From Corallochytrium limacisporum Hawaii (Eukaryota > Protista > Pluriformea), in NCBI GenBank assembly GCA_002811645.1, contig PDIP01000026.1, positions 230,065-294,064 of the forward strand: 64,000 bases of DNA, in the 5' to 3' direction. The notes below the pieces were generated by a model. It was not told the DNA's origin, searched no databases, and worked only from the letters and a program-made list of their open reading frames with translations. Positions 34,997 to 44,949 of this stretch are shown piece by piece (position 1 is the first letter of the stretch; each line of letters starts with the position of its first letter). The position numbers and the translations under genes were made by a program.

Positions 34997-37216
34997 ATGC
35001 TGAAAACGACAATATTCGTCAGTGCGTTGTCATTCCTGCTGCTGGTTCGGGGTCAGGACACTAGTTCGGCAGAGCCTATCGAGCTCCCGCAGTTGCGGTC
35101 CCTGACATCGGCACAGAACGCATTCGGTCCCGGGTTTGGGCTTTCACAGGCAACAACCCAAGATGGCTCCGTGCTGGTCATTGGCGCCTTTGTGGACGAT
35201 GCCCCTTTCAACGGCACCGCACAAAATATTACCAGCGACGGTAACGGTGCTGTCTATGTCTTCGTCGGGAATGAGCAGGACAGCGAGATTCCCTACAGCC
35301 AATCACAACAGCTGCTGCCCTCATCCTCGCGGCGCAGGCGCCGCACGGCTATGAGTGAGGAGGAATACGACAACATGATCCTCTTTGAGGACACCCCAGA
35401 CAATGACGAATTGCTCGACCGGGCAGAGCAGGAAGATCTCAGGAGAACGCGGCGGCAGAATGATGAAGAGGAAGCTGAAACAGAGGAAGAGACTTCTGCA
35501 GACACAAACGGGGTGACAGGTGATGCCTTTGGTACCTCTGTGGCCGTGTCTTCGGACGGACGCGTCATTGTGGTGGGCGCACCCCTCAGTGACATAAACG
35601 GCGATGAATCTGGAGCAGCCTACGTATTCTGCAAGTGCAATCCTTGCACGGACAGCTGCTCCACAGATAATGAGTTTGTGGAACGCCACGTACTCTCCGT
35701 ACCCATTGCAAACCAACGCAATCCCTACGATTCATTCGGCCAATCCGTTGCCGTCTCTGAAAATGGCAACACAATTGTGGTCGGTGCTAACGGAGCCAAC
35801 GTGGAAGCAGATGACTTTGACGTGGCCCTGCAAGATGCCGGCCGTGTTTATGTATTCAGCCCCAACTCGGGCACCTCATCATACGAAGTCACACAGACCA
35901 TCGAAATGGACACCCCCGAAGAGGACGCCCAGTTCGGACATTCAGTTTCAATTAGCGACGATGGCAAGCGAGTGGTTATTGGTGCGCCTTTTGCCAACGC
36001 GGACGCCGGGCGTGCCTTTGTGTGGACACGCCAGGAAGACGGTGCTTTCACTGAGACGGAAGATTTGGCTGGTGGACGGCCGAAGGAAGCGTTTGGTTTT
36101 GCGGTTTCCATGTCAAGCGATGGCGAGACCATGATGGTCGGAGCACCCCTAGCCAATATCACTGATGGTACAGTGGACACTGAGGACTACATTTCTGGTG
36201 CTGTGTATGTGTACCGCCTCTCCGATGATCCGAATTTTGATCTCAACGATCGCCTCACTCCCCGTACAGAAGAGGTTATTACCAATAATGGAGGCATCTC
36301 TCGCTTTGGTCGGGCTCTTTCCATGGACGCCAAGGGTCGATTCTTAGGGATTGGGGCAGCTGATGGCCCTGCGAATCGCACTGAAGTGGCACCTCCCACC
36401 GGTATCGCGTACATTTACGGTCTCAATTCGGACAATCTGTATCCCCAGACTCAGATTCTCAGACCAGATGACTCCCAGAGCGAAGAAAATTTTGGTACCT
36501 CTGTGTCCGTGACCGGCACCGGCTACTATGTGGCAGTGGGTGCTCCAGGCGTCGCGACTGATGCGGACTCTGAGGGCTCTGTGGCTTCCTTTGCCACCTG
36601 CGAAAACGGCTACGAACTGGTGGACGGCGCATACCAATGTGCTTCCTGTGGTATTCGCACCAGCTGTGACTTGATGTTCGGTGTGCTACCGAAAGCTGCC
36701 TTTGCCGGCATTGTCGCTGGTGGTGGTGTGCTCTTGATGTTCTTGTTTTATGTAGCGATCACCAAGGGATGGTGTGCTTGCTTTGCTTGCGCCTGCTGTC
36801 GCAGGAAAAAGGAAAAGGAAGAGTTTACTCCAGGCATGACCCACTCCTCTCTCGGTGGGTCCACCGTGACGGGCACAGGTGCCGTAGCAGCCTGGGGGGC
36901 CGAGACAAAGAAGGATTCCATGTCGTCAACGGACATCACTCGCGGTCACGAGCACTCTTTGGGATCCCAGGACGACGGCTCCATCCACTACGAAGCGAGC
37001 GTCGAGCCAACTGCCTCAACTGGCCGCGAAGGCCAGGCGGTGCGCTTTAGCCTCCCAGCCGAGCAAAATTCACGTAGCCAGCAGCCGGCTTGGGCTGAAA
37101 ATAGTTATGCCGGCAGTAACACCTACGAATTGCCCATGCAGCCGCCGACACCGGACACGTACGCTACCGTACATTCGCGCCAAGGATATTTTGATGACGA
37201 GGAATCTCTGTACTAG
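34997..37216 (+). CDS. Type I membrane protein with 7 FG-GAP repeats (integrin-alpha-like beta-propeller), TM, Cys-rich juxtamembrane segment and Tyr-rich tail
   Basis: Signal peptide MLKTTIFVSALSFLLLVRG; seven FG.SV..S.DG....VGAP-type repeats; TM AAFAGIVAGGGVLLMFLFYVAI; WCACFACACCRRKK. ATG at 34997. Confidence 0.88.
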   Translation: MLKTTIFVSALSFLLLVRGQDTSSAEPIELPQLRSLTSAQNAFGPGFGLSQATTQDGSVLVIGAFVDDAPFNGTAQNITSDGNGAVYVFVGNEQDSEIPYSQSQQLLPSSSRRRRRTAMSEEEYDNMILFEDTPDNDELLDRAEQEDLRRTRRQNDEEEAETEEETSADTNGVTGDAFGTSVAVSSDGRVIVVGAPLSDINGDESGAAYVFCKCNPCTDSCSTDNEFVERHVLSVPIANQRNPYDSFGQSVAVSENGNTIVVGANGANVEADDFDVALQDAGRVYVFSPNSGTSSYEVTQTIEMDTPEEDAQFGHSVSISDDGKRVVIGAPFANADAGRAFVWTRQEDGAFTETEDLAGGRPKEAFGFAVSMSSDGETMMVGAPLANITDGTVDTEDYISGAVYVYRLSDDPNFDLNDRLTPRTEEVITNNGGISRFGRALSMDAKGRFLGIGAADGPANRTEVAPPTGIAYIYGLNSDNLYPQTQILRPDDSQSEENFGTSVSVTGTGYYVAVGAPGVATDADSEGSVASFATCENGYELVDGAYQCASCGIRTSCDLMFGVLPKAAFAGIVAGGGVLLMFLFYVAITKGWCACFACACCRRKKEKEEFTPGMTHSSLGGSTVTGTGAVAAWGAETKKDSMSSTDITRGHEHSLGSQDDGSIHYEASVEPTASTGREGQAVRFSLPAEQNSRSQQPAWAENSYAGSNTYELPMQPPTPDTYATVHSRQGYFDDEESLY

Positions 37217-37924
37217 AAAAGTTAAGTTTCTATTTCCGCGGGGGATAGAAAGACCATTATATTATCTATAGTATAGCATACCATTCATAACTGGACATGA
37301 CAATGAGGTACACGCCTGGGTCCTCCGGGCTCTCTACAAATCCCGCTGCCCAAGCCCCGCAGCCCCCTCCCTTGGGCTCCTCCGCACCGGAAAAGTCACC
37401 AGGTATTCCTTCCCCACCCCCTTTGGTTGGTGATCAAATGCGTAAGTCAAAAATTTGGAACCCGGGTGTGTGTGTGTGTTGGGGGGAGCGGGGTTACACC
37501 GGTGGTACAGGGGAGAGCGACACCCTGGGGGGGAGTCGAGCCCACCGTTTTCTTAGGTGCCGTGGGGTGCAACGGATCACAGGAAGGGAACGGACAGCAA
37601 GCCCGGGGAAGCAGGAGAGGGAGACCGAAAAGGCAAGCCGAGCACATTTCATTCCGGAGGAGTCTGCTGATTTTGGTTCCAAGCCCCAAAGTCCCCCCGG
37701 CGGCGCGGGTTGGCCGACCCGCAAGAGACCGGCAGCAGGGACGTCAGAAGCCGGCGTGTGCGGACGGGAACAGGAGCAAGTCAGCCATGCGGTTAAAGGC
37801 TACTCAAAGTACTAAAAACCCCTTGTGTGATCAATGCACAGTCACGATGGTTTTGGGCTTTAGTTCTCATTGACCCTTCCAACCCCTTGTTACCGTTCCG
37901 CTTTCACAGGCCGAGCAATACACC

Positions 37925-38458
37925 ATGACTACCAGCGATGCTAAAGAATTTTTCCTGAACTACAATAGAGTGGCCGGCATTATAACGCGTCCATTGGGGC
38001 GGAATGAATTGTTCAAAGGTTTGGACCCTGAAACAGAGATCTATGGCATCCAAACAGATTTTCGCGTCAGTGCATGGTACGTGTGGGGATTCCAGACGAT
38101 GTCCAGTGATATTCTAGACCACGTCTACAAGATGAAGCCACCGGGCCTGGTTGCACACACCTTTGACATATCGTTTGATTGGTCTTGGGCCAATGGACTT
38201 ATGGCCAGCAACGACACCTTCACATTTTGGGAAAAGCCAGAGGACCTAGCTGCCTTTGTTCGATGCCCTGTTCACATGGAGGGAAGGAAGAAACTCTCTC
38301 AAGCGTGGCCTACCCTTGCCAGCGGCACCTATCGTGACTTCTGGGTGAAGGTCAGCGATCTTCCTCAGCCTGGGGACTACTTTGGTACGAGAGACTTTGT
38401 AACTCGGATCAAGCAGAACGAATTCAGACCTGCGCACAAAACGAAGAAGACCCAGTAA
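37925..38458 (+). CDS. DUF3291/ABM-superfamily (dimeric alpha+beta barrel) putative heme-binding monooxygenase-like protein
   Basis: PGLV...TFTFWEKPEDLAAFVRCPVH.E.RKKL resembles the W(E/D)xxExLxAF.....H motif of DUF3291/CrtA-like proteins. ATG in CACCATG context. Confidence 0.55.
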   Translation: MTTSDAKEFFLNYNRVAGIITRPLGRNELFKGLDPETEIYGIQTDFRVSAWYVWGFQTMSSDILDHVYKMKPPGLVAHTFDISFDWSWANGLMASNDTFTFWEKPEDLAAFVRCPVHMEGRKKLSQAWPTLASGTYRDFWVKVSDLPQPGDYFGTRDFVTRIKQNEFRPAHKTKKTQ

Positions 38459-39150
38459 GAGCGCACCAATCTGTTCATTGCACCATCAGCGGAAGGCACT
38501 GACTTGTACTCCCGCGCGGAAACTTTTGTGTAAGTATATCTACCTTACCGTCTTTGATGCTTTAGAGAAACAGGCATGGCACGCTCTTATCGCTATGATG
38601 AAGTGCACTGCATTCGCGTTGGCCACGTTTATGTGTCCCAAATCAAGCAACCGTATCCTGGTTTGACTCATGATTGTGCGAGTGCATGATGATGCCAGAA
38701 TCCCTCTCCCAAACAAAGCACTACACTTGATGGTACTGTGTACCACAGTGAAAGCTTTGCTTTCTACGTCCGTGAACATGCCTCGTCGCTTCCTTTGCCG
38801 AAGTGTGCGACCTCCATGATCGCCTCATACCCTTCCCACGCCCAAACAGGACAACAGACAAGCCACATCGGGGATGAAGTATGCTGCCCGAACCTGAGTG
38901 CCACCCACGATCACCACGATGGGACTGTGAGGGCAGGTCGTAGAGTAATTGGGAGGTTTTGGTGCTGAGCGGGATCCCAAACCCCCCCCGGGGGGAGGCC
39001 CCAATGGCCGATACAACCAACCACCACCGTTCAGTTAACGTCGTCACACCTTCCCCGGGGGTGCGTGTGCACATTTAGCGGTTCTTTATAAGATGATTTC
39101 GATATTCTATGTATTTGGGTATGGTATGTCGATTTAGATTCTTAATGTTC

Positions 39151-42100
39151 TCATTGTAGGTAGGTATCATCCTTCAAGGCTGGTATGTTCCGGGGGGTCT
39201 CGCCCTCACCAATTTCTGACGAGCTATTGCTGGAAGTGGAAGTGCGGCGACCGTCGTAAAAATTGAGGACTCCGTCGTGGGACGGCGCGTACCTCAGTCC
39301 TCCGTCGATTGAACCCTTGGACGCGTTCTTGCGGAGGAGGGGATCTGAAGCCAAACCAGGCACCTTAGACAACCAGCCTGGAATTTTCGAATCGTCACTC
39401 TTGTAGAGATCCCGATCGCTCTGATCGTATAACATAGCTGCCCGACTAAGTGGTCTTGGCATGTTTTCGTCTCCCAATTGTTTTAGGAATGTCTCGTCAC
39501 TCGGGGCCCGCTTTGTCGCCCTGCGCACGCATCTGGGATCTGGATCATCAACAATACCCAGGGAACGACGCATAACTGTACGCGCCCGCTTCACGATTTC
39601 AGCTTCCTTACCACGGCGTCGCTCCCAGAAGCGCTCAACGCTGTCTAGAACCATCACCATGACAATCAGAATAGTGCTGGCAATAGCACTCAACTGACTG
39701 ATCAAGGCAGTCAAGGTTGTCTTGCGTGTAACCGTAGTCTTGTACTCCAAATTGTTCTGCAGCAGAACAAATTCCACAGTCGGGGCGTTATGCTGACTGA
39801 CGTCGGTGACCGAGTCAGCCCGCTGAGTCACGGCCGCGGTATCCACCGTAAAGCCAGTCTCTACCTTATAGCCGGAGGCGGCTGTGATCCCGCCCCAATA
39901 CTTGCCGAAGCTCACAAAGCGTGAGCGATGGAACTGGGACTGAACAGTCAACTTCAGCTGGTCCGAGCGATCTACAGTGAACACAAAGTCCTCCGGTGGA
40001 TTGATGGCGGCCGAGTAGGAAGTCGGCTCCGCCTCAATCGGAGAATTGGCCAGGAAGGTAACACGAGAGGCAGACAGAATACTGCACGCGCGTAGCTCCA
40101 AATCGAAACCCGCTCTGTCGGTATCCCACGTACCGGTGATCTGCACGGAACCCAGGAGACTCCCAGCGCCGTCGTAGTAGCAGCCGCTCTCCCAGTTCGC
40201 ATCGTCCGGAGCATTGGTCGGGCGAACAAACTGAACGTCTGTGTCAGTGTTGCTGGTCAGCACGCAATCCACGGTTGAGGTGTCAGCACTAGAGGGTGTG
40301 ACATAGAAGGCAAAGGTAATGACCGCGGTCAATGGTGCCCACTCGTCCAGGGATAGACCCTCGAAATCTATTGATCCAGGGTCATCTGCAGACGCAGCCA
40401 CAAAGGTACGGGTAATCACCACATTCTCAAAGAAGTAGGCCGCAAGCAAGTTCAACCAGGCGACGGCAACAACAAAGACCGCGAGTATGGAAAAGCATGC
40501 ACGAATGGAGGTCTTGACAAGAGTCTGCAGGAACAGCTTGCCTGTCTGATCAAACTCAATGGTGTGCTCAATGCGACGAGGTTTGAGAATATGAATCAGC
40601 ACCAGCTTCTCAGCAGTCCAGCTGGGCAAAGCCTTCAACAAAACTATAACAACGAAGGCCACAACTGCGGCTGTACCACCCACAACAATGTAAGCGTGGT
40701 TCATGAAGGCAGCGGCCTCGCCGGGACGGTTGCTCTCGGTGCTAAAGTCTGTCTCGGTGCTGGCCGAATAGTAGCCGTAGCCGTCGTCATCAAGTTCATC
40801 AGGAGTTGCATCTTCTGGGGCACTAGCTCGGCGTCGTCGGACCTTACCAGGCTTTTCATCACTGTCGTCAATTTCAGAATTGGGAAGACGCAGCGGTGCC
40901 GGAGCGCCATAAGGACACTCATATCCCTCCGGGCATGACATACACTCCTTCGCTCCAGTTTCAGGGTCACTGATCTGGTACTGGCCACGCGGGCAAGGCG
41001 TACAGCGACTGCCATCAACAGCGACGGTGCCACCAGGACAAGCCAGACAAGAGCCCATGACATTGTATGAGGGTGCAATTGCACCGGGGGGACACGGCGT
41101 ACAGGTTGCAAATTGCGCGTTGTAGTAGTCACCAGGTCGACATCCGGCGCTGACACTCACCATGGCACTCTCGGTGATCTTGCGGGAAGAAGTGGAATCA
41201 GGAGAATCTTCGGAAACAATGTAAGGGGCAGTGATGTACATGACATTGTTCATCGTAGACACGACGCTACTCAGCCGGTGTCCAGCCAGTTTTCGATAGT
41301 CCACATGGACACCATATGTTCCGTTAGTGATAAATTCGATCTCACTGGGCAGCAAAGCACTCTCGACACTGGGAAGCAAGCTCTTTGATCCGACGGGTAA
41401 GCTGAAGCTGTTCAACAGACCGCTCACACTAAGGCCATCTGTAAGTTGCGCAGCTTGAATTCCCTGACTAAAGTCCTTGAGATCAAAGAATTTGATGGCA
41501 CGATCACTCAGCGAGATTCCCCATTCTTTGTAGTTGGTGGCAATAGGGTTACTCGTAAACCGCGGGAGCGTTGCACAATCTGGACACAAGCGCAAGATAG
41601 AGCTTGTCAGGCGATCTTGCACTGATACGTCACCGGGATCCTCTTCGTTCCAGAGACCACATTCAAGACCTGCTGCTCCGAGCATGCATGCGCCACTAGG
41701 AAGGGCTGTTGCGGCCGTAAACGTGGAAGAAATGGTGCGGTCCGCAAAGATATCGAATCCTTCTCCCACATCTTTTCCTCTCATCAACGACACTCCCCCG
41801 AGACCTTGAATGGCGTAGTGAATCTGGTTGTCTGAACGCGAGAGATACGCACTCTGGTGAACCAGATGCATGGGGTACAGACGAAAGTCAACAAATTTGT
41901 ACCATTCCGCGCTCATTTCTTCCAACTCGTTACGGGCCTCAGAGACGTAGCCATCAAAGAGAGTGGCCTTCGCATCTCTTGCCGGTTGCATCGACTCTGG
42001 GTGGTAAAAGACAATCCGACCACATGCCTGGATCATCACACGCTTCTCTGTGTTGTCCGGTAGGGTAATTACGGATGGACCAGTGGCAATACGACAGTCA

Positions 42101-44949
42101 TATGGATTTGGATCCATCGGATCTGCTGCGTCGGACGCCAGTTCGAAGGATTGAACGGTGACGACGGTTGGCCCGGTAAACTCAACTCTGATCAGACGGG
42201 GAGCATACCTGCGTTGCACAAGGGTAGCAAAGCACAAGCGGCCAGTGGAACAAGAGAATTCAGACACATCAGTCTCTGCCCAGAGAACCTTACTGTTCAG
42301 AGGCACAATCGCCGATGAACGTAAATCATAGCGCTCCACAGTCACTGCAGTGTAGTGATTCGTGGTGAAGGAGGTTGTCAACAGCATGGAACCACCGGGA
42401 ACCAGTGCGAACACACGCCCATCGTCAAGCATTCGTGGCTGTGGTGGTGGCCACTTCGGAGCAAACTGCCTGTATGCCTCCACCGCAAGGGAATCTGTGT
42501 AGTCGTCGAATTCAATGCTGGCCAACGCGACAGATTCAGCTCCGATGAATGCAAATTCCAAAGTGTAGCCAGCGGGAATAGTGTATTCCCTGTCACTGCC
42601 GTCTAGAGCACGTTGTGTGGCGAAATGGGTAACCCCGTATACCATGCTTCGCCCGTCTGGCAACATTAGAGGTGTGCCGGCCATTTTGAAGACCGTGGTA
42701 GTTGTGGAACTGACGCTGATACTACTGATGGGAGTGTTAAGCGTCTGTTGCGCCCATTTGTAACTACTGCCTTCGGTGAACATGCCGAGATTACGGGGCC
42801 AAAATTCACCATTGAGGCGAGGTCCGGGCAGTGGCGAGGGGCAGAAGTTGTTAGGGCGATCGCAAAAGGCACGCTCCTCTGGGCACTCGCCCAGATCGCA
42901 TTTGATAGTTTGAGTTAGTTCATTCGCAGGAGGACATGGAATACCATCGCCTATAGAGGGCTTAATAATCTGTCTGGCCCTGCTGCTCGTTCCCTTGCCA
43001 CACAGTGGACCAACTCCAGTGTTGCACTGGCGTTTGGTATCATCGGTCAGCACTGGCACCCACTCACTAAGAACACAACTGCGATTTGTGGGTTTCTCGT
43101 CCACTTCGCAATCACCCAGATCCCACTTACATTCCTCAGTTGCACACTCTGGATCACAGACGGAGTCCCCGAGCCAGTTAATCTTACAATCCGACGGACA
43201 GTCTTCCACACCGAGGTCGAAGCCCAGGGCAGTGGTCAAATCCGTATTATTACCCAGGGTGTCGTTTTCTTCCTCTGCACAGTCAAAGTTATCAAAGAGA
43301 CAGAGAGCATTGTTGCATTCTTCCTGGCAGCTACCATCACCAATCCACTTGAAGTTGCATCCAGTGGCACATTCAACCCCGCTCTCGGGGTAAAGATCTT
43401 CAAAGGGATCTTCATCACACATGCCATTGTCAAAGCCACATTCTTCGACGTTGCAAGCCTCCTGGCACACGAAATCTGTGTTCATACCGCTGATATCGTC
43501 ACAGCGAGGTGCGCACCATTTAATCTCCACAGTCACACAATCATCTCCGTCAAAACCGCATAAATCATTGTTGCACCAGTCGTCGCAGATACCATTGTTT
43601 CGCATATCTACCTTGCATTGACCGACCGTTTCCTCCTCACAGGCATCAGCGTACACGATGGCTGGGACACAGTCGTCACCATCAAACGTACAATTCTCCT
43701 CTTCTGCACACACACTGTCACAGACACCGTTGTTAACCATTTCGCTCTTGCACTGACGGTTTTCATCGCAGTAGGACACGTACTCATCGGGAATTGGGCA
43801 ATCTCCACCGTCGAATTGACATGGCGGGATGTTGCACTCCGAATTACATTGGCCGTTTGCATAGACCACCAAGCAAGCGGCCGTGCAGCCATCCACATCG
43901 CAGTCACCATGGTCATATTCACACTCCGCCACATTACAGGCGCCGTCACAAGTACCGTCTCCCTCATTAGCGGGCAAGCAACCTGGTGCACACTGAGGTA
44001 CCACACAATCGTCGCCATCCATGAGGCAAGAGTTGTTATTGCATTCTTGATTGCAGATGTCGTTTCCCAAATTCTGCACATTGCACCAGCTATAGCCACA
44101 TATGCAGTCACCATTATCCCAGCCACATTCTATGGTATTGCATTCTGGGTCACACCTGCCGTTCTCCAAGTTCCACTGACCGCAAAAGGGAGCGCATCCT
44201 GGCTGGGGTGAGAAATTAAAAGGTAAGTCACAAGCGCCATTGTCGTACCCGCATGCTTGGGTAAAGCATTCAGCTTGGCATGTTCCATCTGTCTTCATAG
44301 TGTTTGTACATCCCGGAGCACACTCATCTGCGCCGGTTGACTGACAATCGCCTCCATCCCAGTTGCATGCGGCATTGTTGCAGGCAAATTGACAAGTGCC
44401 ATCACTTCGGAAAATGTACTTGCAGCCAGGCGCACATTCTTGCGCGCTGGGCCACGTGCAATCTCCGTCGTCATCTAAACAATCATCGGTGTTGCATTCC
44501 TTGTCACATACGCCATCTCCCAGCATAGGTGGAAGGCAATCCGGAGCACAGAATGGTTCTGGGGTACAGGCACCCGCGTCATGGTGACACTCCGGTATAT
44601 TGCAAGCAATGTCACACAGCTCGTCTTCCAGATCGCACTCCTTCGGGCAAGCATCAAAGTCTGGTTCCCATCTGAGATTCAAACAGCGGCCATAATCCCA
44701 CCAGCAGTCTACATTGTTGCATTTGTCATCACACTTGTCATTGTCTAGATCTTTCCCACCACATTTGCAATCGCAGTCGTCATCATCATCATTGCATTCT
44801 TTATTATTGCACTCAACGTTGCAAATGCCATTGCCCTTCATTTCGGGCAAACAGCCTGGAGCACATAGTCCCCCGTATTCGTCGTTTTTCCCTCCGGCTG
44901 CGGGCATGACCAAGCAGGTCAGCACGACGAGGATCGTGACCGGATGCAT
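39151..44949 (-). CDS. LNR-array receptor, paralog A: signal peptide, 15 LNR repeats, TSP1, unassigned ~580 aa region, GCC2/GCC3 repeats, RRRR site, 3 TM
   Basis: Fifteen C-x(n)-C-x(n)-GDGxCDxxCNxxxCxxDGGDC-type units counted (43108-44865). Spondin-type TSP1 CVLSEW...CGKGTSSRARQI; CxPCPPG repeats; three hydrophobic segments in the C-terminal third. Confidence 0.88.
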   Translation of the reverse strand: MHPVTILVVLTCLVMPAAGGKNDEYGGLCAPGCLPEMKGNGICNVECNNKECNDDDDDCDCKCGGKDLDNDKCDDKCNNVDCWWDYGRCLNLRWEPDFDACPKECDLEDELCDIACNIPECHHDAGACTPEPFCAPDCLPPMLGDGVCDKECNTDDCLDDDGDCTWPSAQECAPGCKYIFRSDGTCQFACNNAACNWDGGDCQSTGADECAPGCTNTMKTDGTCQAECFTQACGYDNGACDLPFNFSPQPGCAPFCGQWNLENGRCDPECNTIECGWDNGDCICGYSWCNVQNLGNDICNQECNNNSCLMDGDDCVVPQCAPGCLPANEGDGTCDGACNVAECEYDHGDCDVDGCTAACLVVYANGQCNSECNIPPCQFDGGDCPIPDEYVSYCDENRQCKSEMVNNGVCDSVCAEEENCTFDGDDCVPAIVYADACEEETVGQCKVDMRNNGICDDWCNNDLCGFDGDDCVTVEIKWCAPRCDDISGMNTDFVCQEACNVEECGFDNGMCDEDPFEDLYPESGVECATGCNFKWIGDGSCQEECNNALCLFDNFDCAEEENDTLGNNTDLTTALGFDLGVEDCPSDCKINWLGDSVCDPECATEECKWDLGDCEVDEKPTNRSCVLSEWVPVLTDDTKRQCNTGVGPLCGKGTSSRARQIIKPSIGDGIPCPPANELTQTIKCDLGECPEERAFCDRPNNFCPSPLPGPRLNGEFWPRNLGMFTEGSSYKWAQQTLNTPISSISVSSTTTTVFKMAGTPLMLPDGRSMVYGVTHFATQRALDGSDREYTIPAGYTLEFAFIGAESVALASIEFDDYTDSLAVEAYRQFAPKWPPPQPRMLDDGRVFALVPGGSMLLTTSFTTNHYTAVTVERYDLRSSAIVPLNSKVLWAETDVSEFSCSTGRLCFATLVQRRYAPRLIRVEFTGPTVVTVQSFELASDAADPMDPNPYDCRIATGPSVITLPDNTEKRVMIQACGRIVFYHPESMQPARDAKATLFDGYVSEARNELEEMSAEWYKFVDFRLYPMHLVHQSAYLSRSDNQIHYAIQGLGGVSLMRGKDVGEGFDIFADRTISSTFTAATALPSGACMLGAAGLECGLWNEEDPGDVSVQDRLTSSILRLCPDCATLPRFTSNPIATNYKEWGISLSDRAIKFFDLKDFSQGIQAAQLTDGLSVSGLLNSFSLPVGSKSLLPSVESALLPSEIEFITNGTYGVHVDYRKLAGHRLSSVVSTMNNVMYITAPYIVSEDSPDSTSSRKITESAMVSVSAGCRPGDYYNAQFATCTPCPPGAIAPSYNVMGSCLACPGGTVAVDGSRCTPCPRGQYQISDPETGAKECMSCPEGYECPYGAPAPLRLPNSEIDDSDEKPGKVRRRRASAPEDATPDELDDDGYGYYSASTETDFSTESNRPGEAAAFMNHAYIVVGGTAAVVAFVVIVLLKALPSWTAEKLVLIHILKPRRIEHTIEFDQTGKLFLQTLVKTSIRACFSILAVFVVAVAWLNLLAAYFFENVVITRTFVAASADDPGSIDFEGLSLDEWAPLTAVITFAFYVTPSSADTSTVDCVLTSNTDTDVQFVRPTNAPDDANWESGCYYDGAGSLLGSVQITGTWDTDRAGFDLELRACSILSASRVTFLANSPIEAEPTSYSAAINPPEDFVFTVDRSDQLKLTVQSQFHRSRFVSFGKYWGGITAASGYKVETGFTVDTAAVTQRADSVTDVSQHNAPTVEFVLLQNNLEYKTTVTRKTTLTALISQLSAIASTILIVMVMVLDSVERFWERRRGKEAEIVKRARTVMRRSLGIVDDPDPRCVRRATKRAPSDETFLKQLGDENMPRPLSRAAMLYDQSDRDLYKSDDSKIPGWLSKVPGLASDPLLRKNASKGSIDGGLRYAPSHDGVLNFYDGRRTSTSSNSSSEIGEGETPRNIPALKDDTYLQ

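Noticed and set aside
34997-37216. Bona fide integrin alpha
   Set aside because: Lacks leg domains, Ca-binding DxDxDG loops and the GFFKR motif.
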